Assembly: GCF_036321535.1 (NCBI RefSeq) | Contig: NC_087437.1 | Coordinates: 81,160,001 to 81,224,000, forward strand | Length of the DNA: 64,000 nucleotides | Reading direction: 5' to 3' | From: Camelus dromedarius | Lineage: Eukaryota | Part shown: piece after piece, positions 24,185 through 37,916 of the stretch | How the letters are laid out: each line of letters begins with the position of its first letter | How positions within the stretch are numbered: the stretch's first letter is position 1 | Made by a program: the position numbers and the translations under genes | The notes under the pieces: generated by a model | Seen by the model: the letters and a program-made list of their open reading frames with translations, nothing else | Told to the model about the DNA's origin: nothing | The model's database searches: none

Positions 24185-24606
24185 GTAATGCACCATAATG
24201 GAGGGTTTTGTTTTGCATCTGAAAATTGGCACTTGTTTTCAATAGGATCTGCATATGCTTTAGAAGAATGTGTAAATACTGGGGGCATCAGTATTTACAG
24301 ATCACCGATTGGCTGTGGAGCCTGTTCTAGGTGTGAGGGGCCTGAGTTCATTAGTCAGGGCCCCTACCATTCCGGGAGTTATCATCTACCTGAATAGAAA
24401 ACACATGCAAGTATTTTTCGTTTCCAAAGAATAAACTAGAAGGGAAAATAAGCCAACTAGCAAGCGGAGCTATCAGAGGTAAGTGCAATAAAAGCTCAGA
24501 GGATGAGGTTGAAAGCGATTAGGAGAGGCTGCTAAAAGTTGCAAAAGTTGATCTTGGGTTTGCAAAGGCTGTATCTTTGATTTGACAATTGAAGAAGAGC
24601 TAAAAA

Positions 24607-24784
24607 CAGTAGTTCTCTGAGTGTGATCCCGAAACAGAGCAGCATCAGCATCACCATCACTTGGGAACTTGTCAAAAATGGAAATTCCCACTGAATCAGA
24701 GACTCCGAGGGTGGGGCCAAGTCATTTGTGTTTTAATAAGCCCTCCAATTGATTCTGATCCCCACCTAAGTTTAGGAATCACTG
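24607..24784. mobile_element. MER5A-like hAT-Charlie MITE
   Basis: Inverted termini 'cagtagttctc' / 'ggaatcactg'. Internal 'agcatcagcatcacc...ctgaatcagagactc...ttttaataagccctcca'. Confidence 0.85.
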
Positions 24785-25179
24785 GCTTAGAAAACCAGAG
24801 AGACACACACAGGAGAAATGTAAGTACAGCGAAAATACAGTTGGAAATGAAGCTACCATCTTCTTTGGCAGAACAAAATAAGAAAAGTCTAAATATACTT
24901 TAAATTTACTGCCATTCATCCATCCAACACAGGTAGTTGGTATTGTCTATGTGCTGGGCGCTGTGCTAAATGACCCATGATTCTAAATTGGGTATGAAAT
25001 GATACTTGCTTGTCATAAATATTTACTACATGAGCTTCAAAATTCAAAACTTTGTATCTGACATTCAAGAAGTTCAATCTTCAACCAAAGCATTTTTATT
25101 CAAAAAGTTTTTTATTTTAAGTATTCAAAGTGATTTTTAAATTTAAAAAAAATTGTTTCCTTCCCTTCTTAAATGAAAG

Positions 25180-25865
25180 ACTTGTTATTGAGATATAATT
25201 TAAACCCAGTCAAATGCACAGATCTTAGGTATCCAGTTTAATCACTTACAAAAAAACAAGGTGTATAATTATTTACTCTATACCCTATCAAGAAATAGAA
25301 CACTTTCATCACCCCAGAAAGCACTAGAGGGTTTGTCTACTCTAGAATTCCATATAAATAGAATCATAGACTATGTTCTCTTTTTGTGTCTGTCTTATTT
25401 ATTCAGCATGTTTTTGAGATTCATTCATGATGTTGCAAGTATCAATAGTTAGTCCCCTTTTTCATTCCTGTGTAGTATTCTATTATGGGACTATTTCAGA
25501 ATGTATTGGTCCATTTTCTTGCTGGTGGACACCTGAATTCTATAAATATTATTGTATAAGACTCTTGTGGACATATCTTTTAATTTCTTTTAGATAAATA
25601 CCTAGAAAGTAGAATTGCTATGTCACAGGGAAGATGTGTATTTGGTTTTGTTTTTTTTTTTTGGCCTACTTTTTTCATTTAAATTCCCACAAGCAGTGCA
25701 TGAGAATTCTGATTGCTCCACATCCTTAACAACATTTCATGTCATCAACATTTTTCATTTTAGCTATTCTAGTGCAGTCATTTCTCATTACCATTTTAAT
25801 ATGCATTTCCCTTATACTAAAGAAATTGAAAATTTTTTCATGTACTTTTGGGCCATATATCTTTT
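25180..25865 (-). mobile_element. Old L1 (L1MD/ME-type) 3' region
   Basis: 'ttattgagatataattt...cagcatgtttttgagattcattcatgatgttgca...aaatacctagaaagtagaattgct...attcccacaagcagtgcatgaga'. Confidence 0.8.
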
Positions 25866-28149
25866 TTGTAGTGCTTTATTTTTATTTGTGTAAGTTGGAT
25901 GGAAAAGAAAGAGCTTTAAAAATGTTTACAAGTTCTCAGAAGTACCTTTCATGTGACTTTGATTAGGAAATCTAAACTGAGAAAGGAAAAAAATTAAAAT
26001 TTCCTTCATATGCCCATGGTTCTGAAGGAAGAAATTCTTGGAAAAAAGACATGTAGAGGATATGCCAAGACTAAATTTTTTGAAAAATAATTTTGAGCTA
26101 TTTCAAAGAATACGAAAAATTTCTTATTTCACCCACTGCTAAACCCATAACTTACTTGTTTGGAAAATGGATTCTTGAAAGAACTTGCTTTCTTGTGATA
26201 ACTCCAGTTTCTAGTGGATTGTTCCAGGGTGCCAGTGCTGAGAAAACAAACATTTATGGGTTGCTTTCTTTTTCCTCTTCATTTTTATTTAAGTCTCTTA
26301 TTAAAAAGAAAAAAGGAAAAAAGGGAAAGAATGGGTGGGTGGGAGGGAAGGAAAGAAGAAAGGATGAAAGGAGATTTGATACCCTTGTAACAAATGTAGC
26401 TAATGTTAATGGTTACTTGCTTGATATATCCACTTGCAAATTCGTATAGCGTAATTTGGATATGATTTCTTCCCCTATCAAGTCTTTCCTTCAGTTTCAC
26501 TTGGTCCTGCTGGCCTCTTCATGAAAGAACTTACTCTAATTGGTAGATGTTGCTCTGGTCTGACAGCACAAAGAGATAATGCATGTGGAAAAGGTAGAGG
26601 AACAGATGGCCTGGTGCAGCTACAATTTTATCCAAGGCAATTGACTTGAAGGCCCCAGATACTCAGACCATGGGTGTACCGGCCCTCCCCACCGTTGCCC
26701 ATACACTCTGGCTCAGTTCTTCTCATCAGATAGATGGACTCGTGCGTGTCAAATCACAATATATTTAAAAACAATAATTCCACCTAGAATAAAGTTTTCT
26801 TTAAACGATTCAATAGTTACATGTCAAGATGCTTACCAGCTTCCATATCTGAGTGAGTAGGAGAATCTTTGACAGCAATAGGGAAATGTTAGGACACGCG
26901 TACATGGGGAGAATTAAATGGTAATGACACAAAGCATTTAGAGTGCTTGTGAGTTTCATTTACCCATGACCTCCTTTCTCCCTAATTAGCATAGTTAATA
27001 AAGAGCTGACATTTTAAAGTCTTTGTGGTATTTGAGGGAAAAAAATAGTAGTCCTTATTTAAAAGCTCTGGAAATACAGTACACATGATAAACACCCAAA
27101 TAAATCCAACCAGAACAATTCTCAATTAGTGTAATGAGATGCAGACCTAGAGAAATCCACACTTACATGATTATGCAGATGATTCTTCTAGAATTCAGAC
27201 TCCTCCAGGAGGTTAGAAAAAGCAATAATAGTTAGAGGGAATGATTCCTTCTTGAAAACTGGAAAATTAATACAGCTCAAGTTTTTCTTCAGAAACAAAT
27301 TCTGACAAAACCATGGGAATCCGAATGCCCTTGGCTGGGTACAGAAACACCACCCAGTGTCATTTTAACTCATTTAACTCTAATATTTGGCACCATGTGT
27401 AAAGTCTGATTTCTTTAAATGAAAATCATTTCACATTGGTTCATATAGCTTCATATATCCTATGCAAATGTAAATAATTTACTGGGAAAGTTTTTACATT
27501 ATACTTTGAGTTTTGACTTTATATATCAAAGCTCTTGTGTAGTGAGTTTCCAATGAGAAAATTTCTGTTTTCTGTTGTATTTGCTTTAAGCTTAGAAACA
27601 TTAATGAAATGTCACTTTATCCTTTGTGGTACATTTCCATTCCTATTTCCATAGGGTGCCCATGGGTTGCCCATGTTTTTAGATCCTTTTTGGAGTTCAC
27701 ATTGGCGAAAAGATGTACTTCACTGACAGTTTTTATTCTTAATGGGCTTTGAAAGGAAGAACGTATGTGTTTGTCCCCAATATATCTAAGGTCAAAAGAA
27801 AGCTCTCCAAATTGGCCCAGATGAAGAGCAAAACCTCAGTTTATTTCACCATTAATAGCATATTTTTTCCTTCCCCTGTTTCCAACTTGTTAAAGTGTTC
27901 AAGGTTGCTTTAGTTCTCACTCCTTTGCCAACTTACTAAGCTTTACGATGCGTTTAGAAATCATTTTCGCGTTTTCTAATACTTTGACGTTGCACTTACT
28001 TGCTTTTAAAGTAGAATGAAGGTCCTCCTTTTTGGCTGGTCCAGAGCTGACTCTGGCTTTCCTTTTCTTTATCCCAAGTTTTTTTAAGAAGCAAATCTTT
28101 TCATCGTCTGGGAATCTCACTTGATTGGGCCCAGCCCCTTGCTGCCCGT

Positions 28150-28280
28150 TTGTCTTGCTGTGTAAATTTGAAGCTCCATGAAGACAAGGGACCATGTGTA
28201 TCTTAATCACTGTTATCTCCCCAGTCCCCGGGCCAGCAGCTAGCGCGTAGTAGGACTTCAGTAAATGCATGCTGAATAAA
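28150..28280 (+). mobile_element. L2 3' end
   Basis: 'gaagctccatgaagacaagggacc...cactgttatctccccagt...tagtaggacttcagtaaatgcatgctgaat'. Confidence 0.75.
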
Positions 28281-28704
28281 AAGTAGTGACTTGTCAGCAT
28301 TTTTACGTTTATGTCTTACCATTAATCCAAACTTGTGACGAAGTTGAACTCATACTTTTTTGGTGGTATCAGTTCCCTTGTCTTATTACTTTGTGGGGTA
28401 CTGTAATGCTTGCACTCTCCCTAATTTGAAACTTCATTCACTTTTTATTTTTCATCTCCCATAGTATTGAGGCCCAGAGTTATATAGTTTTTGCCCTTGA
28501 GAATTACTCATATCAGTATCTTTATCTTCTACTTCTCCATTTTCACATCAGTAATTCCAAGCCAGGTACTGTTTACGTTTCTTTTCATGTCCCAACCCAT
28601 CCTGCTTCTGCAACACTGAAGAAATTTAGGCTATCTGCCATCAGCTCATTCTTTCATCCCAGATTTATCTTTACCTCTCTTCTGTTCTTACCAAGGAATA
28701 TTCC

Positions 28705-28826
28705 TTTTTTGGGGGGGTAATTAGGCTTATTTGGTTATTTTTTAACAGAGGTACCAGGGATTGAACCCAGGACCTAGTGCATGGCAAGCGTGTACTCTAC
28801 CACTGAGCTATACCCACCTCCACCCC
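28705..28826 (-). mobile_element. tRNA-Ala-derived SINE (camelid Vic-1-like)
   Basis: Reverse complement of 'tatagctcagtggtagagtacacgcttgccatgcactaggtcctgggttcaatccctggtacctc...cctaattaccccccc'. Confidence 0.88.
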
Positions 28827-29384
28827 AGAGCACATTTCCGACTTCAGACACTGCTCATCATCCCACCCCTTCCACATTCTGTAAGACTTTGCCTTTTCAC
28901 ATTTGCCTCTTCTCTGATACTGATGCCCTGCCTCTGGCTGTCAGACATGCTCAAGATGTCCCTACCCCAAACAGCATCTTCTGTTGACCCTGTTATAGCT
29001 TCCATGCTGCTTTGCACTCTCTTGTCTTAATCCTGAAGCTTCTCAGACTGATCTGCTCTCATAGTCTTGATTTCTGTATAGTCCAGACAGTCTTCATTCC
29101 CTTTCACTGGTTTCCATCCTCTTTGTACCTTTCCGCTGAAATTTCTCTTGGTGATCAATTGCTGGATCCAGGAGAGTTTTCTCAGTTCTTAACCTTTTAA
29201 ACCTCTTTTACGGAATGTTTGGCCATCCTCCCAGTCCTAAACTCTTTCTTTCGTTGAAATTTTTAGATTTTTCTCTTACCCTCTTCCTCTTCTCTTTTGC
29301 TTACTTGTTATCCCATCTCAGATGTGGAGTAGAGATCTTCCCTTACCTATAAGCCATGTCTTTAACTATCACCTCTGTGTAGAA

Positions 29385-29520
29385 CAATGATTCTCAGACT
29401 TTGATGTGCTTGCAAATTGGGGGGATGCTGTTAAAATGCAGGTTCTGATTCTTAGGCCCGAGGAAGAGCCTAAGATTGTACATTTCTAAGAGCTCCCAGG
29501 AATGTCTGATGTTGCTCTTC
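29385..29520. mobile_element. MER5-like hAT MITE fragment
   Basis: 'caatgattctcagactt...tgttaaaatgcaggttctgatt...catttctaagagctcccagg'. Confidence 0.6.
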
Positions 29521-30524
29521 TATGGGGAGTAGTAGGGGTGTTGAAGATGGAAATGACTTACAATGCTGAACCTCTGGCCTTGACCCGTTTCCAAAGTTCT
29601 GAGAGTGTATTTTTAGTTGTCTGTGGAATATTTTCTTTAGAATGACCAGGTAACAGTGTTCAGCACCTCACACTCAAGCTAAATGCATGTTTTCAGTACT
29701 ACTACCAGAACTCCTTTTTCATCACTTTAACTTCCCTCTTCTCAAGTGTGAAAACTGATTTTTATTTACACTTTCCTTGCATAAAGAGTCTTGTCAACTG
29801 TTTCATAGAAATAGAACTTTGATCTTTTCCATTTTTTCCCCCCTTCGTTCTATTTCTTCTGTAATTCACTCCTTTGTCATCCTATATCTGGACTATAGCA
29901 TACTGAGATTCCTCCCTCCTGTTTTCCTCTAATTCTTCCACTGCTGATAAATCAGCCTTCCTTCACCGCTGCTTAACTTTATTTACCTGTTGAAGAATCT
30001 CTACCAGCTCCCCACTGCCTGGTAAAAGAAATCATAGAGTCTCTCCAAGAATCTATCTCAAGGAATATGTGAGTCATGCTCCTGAGATGAGGTTTACATC
30101 TGGCCTACTCTTCTTTCCCTGCATCTGGGTAGAAAGTCCTGCTTTAAGTCATCCCATGGGGATGGGATTTACAACGCAGCCTGTCTAGTTTACAAGTTCG
30201 GGCTGCAGGGTGCCAAACCCAGACACCCTCGGCACTCTCTCCTTTTCATCCTGCCTTCTTTAGTCATATTCACATGTGCATCTGCCTCCCCAACTCCCCA
30301 TCCTGTGAGCTCATTTTTGAAGTCATGCCTGGTGTCTTACTTGTCTTCCATCACACACACAACCTAGCATCACATGTTATAACAGTAGGTCTAAACGTGC
30401 ATAAATGAACAAGCAAGTGAAATGTCAAGAACGAGCCTTGAAAAAAATCTAGCCTGTCCATTCAACCCTTGAACATTCTCTGCAGCATCTCTTGTCCGGA
30501 GGCCACAGTGACCACCTCCAGGGG

Positions 30525-30760
30525 TGGTAACACAGCATGAATGCTCGGGGTGTAAATTCTTGTCAGACTGACCCAAGTTCAAACTTCTACTCTATTAGCC
30601 GAGTGTCCTTGGACAGGTGACTGAAATGCTTTAAGCCTTGGTTTTCTCATCTGTAAAATGAGGATAATAATAGTAGTGTTTCATAGGGGTGTCAGAATTA
30701 AATGAGATGACACATGTAAAATGAAGCTATGCTAATATAGCGTGAACACTATGGAAGTGG
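30525..30760 (+). mobile_element. MIR SINE
   Basis: 'gtcagactgacccaagttcaaa...gtccttggacaggtgact...ttttctcatctgtaaaatgaggataataatagta...ttaaatgagatgacacatgtaaa'. Confidence 0.8.
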
Positions 30761-33700
30761 GGCCATTTGCTGCTAGACTTCTTGATGGTTTTGATATTAG
30801 TTACCTTCTGTGATAATTGCCACTTCAGACGAGCGATTCCGTTTTAGATAGCGTTAAAATCTCTAGAAACTTCTTTCTTTTGTTGAGCTTAAACCAGCCA
30901 GCAGTGGGTGATAGAGATTTGGGGAAATGGTTTTACTGGTGTGAAAGTTATTACAAGAGTCCAGAGATAGTACAGACCTGAACTGGGCCCTTGAGTGCTG
31001 CTTCGGAGTGGAGGACGGCTGAGCACGGGGGTTTCATCCGGGGAAGCGGGACTGCACTTGCAAACTGATTGGACCGGGGGAGGAGGAACGTGACATCAAC
31101 AGGAATAGGAAGAGATTTGGGAAAGATGGGTCGATTTTAAGGTAGTTATGAAATTCTTGGATGATTAAATCACTGGATTTGATCATGAGGTTTTCCTCTA
31201 CTAACAGGTCAGACACTAGACTGCAAAGAAATATAGGCATTATGGGTGGGAAGAAAAGGGAAGAAAGGAGATGACTTTTGAGAAATTGTGTTTTAAAAGA
31301 TAAAGGCAGGGATAAGAAGTATTAATTTTACTTTTGCTTTGATATAATGGAAAACATTTAAACAGCATTTTGAGTCAGAGAAGACTTGTCGAAGAATTGA
31401 GAGAAAGGATGCAAGAGTGGATGGAATAAGAAAATGGAATAAAATTACCAAGACACTTATTTTTTAGAAGAAGGAAGAACCCTGGAATCGGAGAGGCGCA
31501 TGGGGAGAGTGAAGGGGGAGAGAGAGTCTTTGAGAGGAAGGAAGTGGGGATTGAACTTGTCAGCAGTCACAGTCTCAGTAAGGCAAGAAGCGAGGATACG
31601 GACAACAGGGGCAGCAGGAAGTGTCCTTTGACATGAAGAGAGCAGAAAAATGTGTGTGTGGAATCTGTTTTAGGAAATATAGTAATTAATCACATAGAAA
31701 TAAAAAAAATACTGAAAAAACTAGACAAAGTCCCAAAGATGGCCAACTGTGTGCATCTATCCAGGCTAGTTTGTGAAAGACTCAATTTCTTTTGACATTA
31801 TTCACTGTCTCCACTTGGTATAATTCAGTGCCAGTTACATCATATATTTTATTTATGGGGTTTCTAGCCTGTGTTCTGCCTCTGTGTTTTATTAGAATAG
31901 AATGCCTCATATGTAGCTAGAATAAAATTTTAGAAGCAAAAGATTCAAAGATTGTCTAATCCACCCCCCTGTTTTTCAGAGTAGAAAACTGATGCATAAG
32001 TGGGTGGAGAGACTTCATGGAGGTTGTGCTACTAGCTTGCAGCTGGCAAATATCCAAGTCAAGCCATTCTCTGCCTTCTCTATTACCATGAGAAACCATG
32101 GATTTTTAAGTTACAACAATTATTGTTAATTTTGAAACTATTGGGGAGATCTGAGCACAGACTACTATCAGTTGAACCAAGCACTAACCTCAGCAGTTCT
32201 TTACCACTTAATTAGGATATGAGATGCTCTTGTTTCTAAAATCCAAATTGCTAGGCAGGCTTTCCAGAGGTCTGCTCTAATGACACACACTGGCTGCTAC
32301 TTCTGTCTTTAATAGACTCGTTGCCTCTCCATGCACATGTGCCCAAATTTAATTAACCACAGAAAAAAGTACAATCAACATTCAATCCTGAATGTCCTCA
32401 GACAGTAATGGGAAGTCTGTGGTTATACGGCATGATAAATAAATACACAATAAGACAAAAAATAAAAAGCCTTGACTAATGTTAAAAGGACTTCTGATTC
32501 CTTTTACTTTGCTTCCATCCTGGGTTGTTTTTACCTGTCTTTTTCCATCTCCTTTTGCCTAGCACCGCAGTAGAAAAATAGTCCAATGCAATACAAGAGA
32601 TACTAGCTTAGGAGTCAAAAAACAGTCATTTGGTTGGCTCTGTCACTGATGACCAGACTTTAGATACTTCCTGGCCTATCTTTTTCTTCTATAATAATTC
32701 TTGCTCTGCTCATCGTAGACTTCATTACATGGATAAATGGAAATAAATTAAAAAACCTTAAGCCCTCTGCAAATGTGCAATATAGGCATATATTGTACTT
32801 TCCTTCCATTTGCATTGATTGTATAAGAATGCTGAATCCTGGTAAGTGAAATCTCATGCAATGCCATATTGCAAAATATAATTGTAGACCTACTGGCTTA
32901 AATGAGTATTTTTTGGTGATGGAGTTTTTTGGCCATTTAGAGTAATTATATTCTAATTTTAGAACGATCCTATGAGCACCTAAATATCTGGTCTCTTCAT
33001 TCCACAGTATTTATGGAGTACCTACTCTGTGCTAGGTTGTATAGCATTGTTTATTATAAGACCTATATTTTGCCTTAAAATCAAGAAAATTTATTTCACC
33101 ACTGAAGAGTTGGGTAGTCTTGTTTACCATCTCTTTTAAAATCTAGAACTTGCCTATTTTATACCATTACCAATTAAGCCAGTGTTGATGAGGGGAAACT
33201 AACTGAAACAGAAGAGAAGGTTTGGCTGCTTTTATATTTATTTTTCCTGACAAACTTGGTACAAGAGAGGGTATTTAGAAAGCTCTGTGATCAAAATTTT
33301 AAAAATTTACAGGCTGGATTTTTTTTTAACACGTTCTTAGAACATTTCTGTCTCATTTTAATCCTAGGAAGATGATAGAAAATCAAACTTACCAGGAATT
33401 CTGGAATCTGACCTTTGGTAATTCTGTTAGCAATGCCCCCTACCCCAACCTGGCTCATGCAAGCAATTCAGGACATCAGAAATATATCCAGACTAGAGAA
33501 GTTTAGTGGTGGAGCCCATCTGGTTGGATTTCAGCTTCTCTGAACCTCCCTCAAGTCCTGTAATAACCAGGGCAGGGAAAAAACAACAACAGAAATTCCA
33601 TGTGACGTACTTGTCATCAAATGTGTTTCAGAAGTCACTGCTGGTGTTTTAACTCACAGCACACAGGATTAGTATTGTATAACATTTGTTCCCAGTAGCA

Positions 33701-33909
33701 GTTAGTGTTTTGGTTGGAACAGCCTCCTTCCCTCGTTCTGATGTTTGTGACTTGGGAATGGGGGATTGGAGCCCAGAGAGCTGCTCTTACTAGAGAGAAG
33801 CAAGCTGATGAATGATTTCAAGCATTTCAGTGGTTTGTGACCAGTAAGATAGTGGGCTGAAAATACAAATGCATCTCTTCTCTGCACTTAATGCAACTGT
33901 AGTCCCCTT

Positions 33910-34083
33910 GCTGACCTCACGGGCGTGCAACCCATACAGTTTCATAGGTTTCACCACTTAAAAGGGCCCATGCTTGCTTTAATGCTCTATTGTCACTGTC
34001 TTAAAAGTCTTCATCCCTTTTGAATAAGGGACCCCATGTTTTTCATCTTGCAATGACCCCCACAAATTATGTGGCCAGTCCTG
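33910..34083 (+). mobile_element. MER91A-like hAT-Tip100 MITE
   Basis: 'cacgggcgtgcaacc...aagggcccatgcttgctttaatgctct...tgaataagggacccc...cccccacaaattatgtggccagtcctg'. Confidence 0.8.
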
Positions 34084-34370
34084 GCCCTTGTTTCCACAGA
34101 TTTTTGATAATTTTTTTTGTATCTAGAACTTGTGCCTGACACTTAGGACACAATAAATGTTTTTAGCATGAGTAAACAAGACTTTTAAGTCTTTAAATAA
34201 AAGTAATTGACATGAATCTTAATCCATTTAATTTTGCTGGGTTGAGGAGTCAGGGAGAGGTACTAAATTTTTGAGAGAAAATTTAAAACGTACAAAAGAA
34301 TCTAAAATAGTATAACAAACACATATGTTTCTATCATGATACGTGACAGCTATTTTCTTCTGTTTACTTA

Positions 34371-34422
34371 GTTTATATGCATGCTAAGCATTCCCTCTAC
34401 AACTGAGCTATAGCCTCTCCCC
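34371..34422 (-). mobile_element. Tailless 5' half of a tRNA-Ala-derived SINE with perfect 12-bp TSD tctgtttactta (34359-34370 / 34423-34434)
   Basis: Reverse complement ggggagaggctatagctcagttgtagagggaatgcttagcatgca(tataaac): A box and anticodon arm only. Confidence 0.8.
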
Positions 34423-34789
34423 TCTGTTTACTTAAAATGTTTGTTTAAGAATAAAAAAACAGATCAGGTTTATCTATTGGCCCCACCTCTAGTCTCATTC
34501 AGCTTCCTACTTGCCCATCGGGAGCCAAACCATGACTGTGTTTGTCATCGCTTTCCACTGCTAGGAATAATCCATGGTAACGTACTTGGTCTCAGTGTTT
34601 TAATATTTGTGTAAATGGTATGAAACTACATGTATCCTTTTGTCATTTGCTATTTTCCTTCAAAATTTTGCTTGTGAAATCTATCCATATTGCTACATGT
34701 AGCTCTAGTTTAATCATTCTCATTACCCTGTACAGTAGCAATGCAACCCCCTTTCCTGACTTGCTGCCCCATCAGTGGGCTGTTTAGAA

Positions 34790-35005
34790 CAGAGCCAGAG
34801 GAGTCATCTTCTATTCTGGTTCTGCTGCTGCTGTTGGTAAAATCACCAGCTGGGTGACGCTGGGCAAGCTAAGTGATGTTTCTGATACTCTTGTTTTCAC
34901 ATTTGTAAATTGGGACACACAATTTTTACTAGTCAAGGTGTTTTTGTGGCAAGTAAATGAGAAAATATATTGAAGACCTACCATGTGATAAAGGTGCAAA
35001 AAAGT
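34790..35005 (+). mobile_element. MIR SINE fragment
   Basis: 'caccagctgggtgacgctgggcaagcta...ttttcacatttgtaaattggga...gtaaatgagaaaatat'. Confidence 0.65.
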
Positions 35006-35643
35006 AGTGGTGAGGATTATCATTACTTTGCCGTGTGTACTTCTGAATGTTATAAAGCCCTAAGCACATGTGTAGCAGTGATCTTGAGTTTACATTATTT
35101 GATTTTTCTCTTTGTACCCTTAGCTTGGCTATTGGTCTTGATCCTTTTTTTTAATAATAAGGAAATGTCACCCTTGAAATGCTGTCCTGGATGTGTCTTA
35201 GAGTCTATGCTTCTCCTTTTACAAATACCTCTAACTCACCTTCCATGGAGTAAAAAGGCTTAAAACTCATACACTCATGAAACTATAATGTTAACTAGTT
35301 ATAAAAATATGCCTGTGTTCTTCTCTATGCATAACAGAAAAAAAACCAAACATCTACTGTTTTCCAACCTTCATTTTGCAAAGTAGCAAATAATAGAACT
35401 GAGAGATCTGGAGTTTTGTCCGACTGTGACTATGCTGTACCCGGTCCCCTAACTTGCTGTGAGAAATTAAAAACTTAAGCACACACTGAGCAATTTTTTC
35501 ATGTTCTTTGCAAATTTTAAAAAATCTAAACAGAAGCCAATATTAAATCTTCAGAGTAGATGGGAGTCTGTGATGTGTGAAGAAATTTGAAGTAGATTCT
35601 GAATCTCCTTGTGGTTTCATAGCGTATTTTGGTTATTCAACAG

Positions 35644-35825
35644 ATTTTATACAATCCGCTATAGAGAAAAGGATAAGGAAAAGAAATGGATTTTTCAACT
35701 CTGTCCAGCCACTGAAACAATCGTGGAAAATCTAAAGCCTGACACGGTTTATGAATTTGGAGTGAAAGACAATGTAGAAGGTGGAATTTGGAGTAAGATT
35801 TTTAATCACAAGACTATTGTTGGAA
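35644..35825 (+). CDS. ABI3BP: ABI3BP coding exon (approx. exon 5), 182 bp, phase 2-1: RFYTIRYREKDKEKKWIFQLCPATETIVENLKPDTVYEFGVKDNVEGGIWSKIFNHKTIVG(S)
   Basis: Acceptor ttcaacAG, donor GTaagt. FN3 signatures 'YTIRY' and 'NLKPDTVYEFGV'. Confidence 0.97.
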
Positions 35826-36374
35826 GTAAGTATCTGGAACTATTTGAGTGAGCTTTCTGTAATTTTCCCCCTAATTTCCAAATTTTAAATTATTTCATTA
35901 GCTGTATACTATGATATGAGTCAATTCCCATCAGGTATATTTGAGAAAATACAATGAACAGAATTGGAACATTGGTATTTCAGAATCTTTTTTTATAGTG
36001 AGCGGGTTTTTAAAAAAAGAATAAATGATAAGCTAGTATTTGACAAGAACAAATCATTGAACAGTTTATTGGCATTGTCATATTTTAAATCAGTCTCGGA
36101 CCTGTGAACACCAACTGAGCCAAAAAACCCTCCTGTGTGCAAATGTCCAGTTAGAAAGCTGGGCCAGTGGAAATGAACGCGCAGAGCTTGGGGGCCCGGC
36201 TTTCATCCTGTGTGTCTTCTTCCGATCACTGGGATCAGTGTTTGAAATGACAGCAAATAAAATACTAGGCTCGAGTTAGAGCAGGAGTCCTAGTTGTCTT
36301 CAGAACGATTAGGAAGGCCTGATTTAGGAATAAGAAGAATGAAAAGCATGTCATTCTCCTCTTGTTTTTGTCAG

Positions 36375-36430
36375 GTAAAAGCAAAGTAAATGGGAAAATC
36401 CAGAGCACCTACGACCAGGTCCACACGGTG
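36375..36430 (+). CDS. ABI3BP: ABI3BP coding exon (approx. exon 6), 56 bp, phase 1-0: SKSKVNGKIQSTYDQVHTV
   Basis: Acceptor ttgtttttgtcAG, donor GTatgt. Frame continues from the previous exon and matches recalled TARSH 'KVNGKIQSTYDQ'. Confidence 0.93.
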
Positions 36431-37779
36431 GTATGTACCGGCTTACTTTCAAGAACATTTAAAAAAAGTTGTGTCTGCATTATACTTTTTATTTGAATAA
36501 GGAAATAGTCCTATGATGATGTATTGAAACTGAGTTAACTGCCTAGCTGTAGGGTGCTGGGTCAAGTACACTGTTTCAGGAATTAGTTTCTTTTTCAGAA
36601 AATAGAGGTGGAAGTATGAGACCAGATCATCTCTAATTTGTTCAAAGCTCTAAAATTCTGATGTTCAGTCTAGCTGTCCGGTTTTTCGGGATTCCAGGTA
36701 TTTTGAGGTTATGCTTATTATCTCCTGTCCTGTGGGATGTTTTTTTACTATAACATGTTTCGAGAGCGAACTAGTACATGCTCTCCTTAAACTGTGATTG
36801 TTCAAATCTTTCCTCTATTTTCTATCATTTCCTACTTACAAGCAGCTCATTTGGTTTTGTAATGTGCCCAGTCTCTATTCGGTGCAGTAAAGGTTTGTGT
36901 ATTTCACATGCCAGTCTAGAACCCTTTCCTCTGTCTAGAACCCTCTTCTCTCTCACCCCAGAAACTCAGCCCCTGTTCTCCTCTTTCCCTCCGCTTTTCA
37001 CAGCCTATTCTCAGGACACATCGTATCAGTTACATACTGCCTGTTACAAAAGTAAGCCATTGTCATAATCATCACAGATATGTTTGCCTTTTAAATCACA
37101 TGCCTAATTATAAAGTGAAGGATATTATGTCACTGAGCGGGTAGAGGAGGCACTTTGGTGAGAAAATGGGAATTTGATGCTGTCTTTGGTCCCTGCGAAT
37201 TGGGAGTACCTGGCCAGGGAACAGGCACATGAACAGGCAAAGACTCTACTCATGGTTGCAGATTTGCTCTATTCAATGTGTATGTGATGTATGTGGATGG
37301 ATAGCTTTTTATGTCTAATTAAATAGTACACAGAATAACCCACTGCTCATGTAGCCCAGTCGTGGAAAAAGTTAGTACATACCTCATTGAATCTTAAAAA
37401 ATGCAAAATTTTCTCAGTGAGAGAAAATGGGTTTGGATAAAATAGAGTTGAGAATTATTCCTGATATGGTAAGTGTTTCTTGGGTTTGACTTGGCAGAAA
37501 AGTGTGTACGTTGGAAAATTATTAACAAATCATGATTATTAGATTATTAGGATTGCCCAGGAAAGTATTTTGACATATTTCAAATCATAACATAAGGAAG
37601 GAGATTGTAGATAAATTCCCAGGCCTGGACCAATTCATTCATTTTTCTTCCTTCCTTCCTCTCTTTCCCTCTCTGTTTGATTATTTTCCTAATTATCTGA
37701 TATTTGAAGGTTTATAATATATAAAATGCAAAAAGAAATAGTAACAAAATTACCTATAACACTGCCAAAGACCTGTATA

Positions 37780-37873
37780 AAACCATTTATGGTCTATTGT
37801 TAAAACTTTAGAACGTTGGCTTTTTTTTTCCCAAGCATGTTTTCATTATAAAATTAGAATCTCATGCTATGGC

Positions 37874-37916
<43 letters not shown>

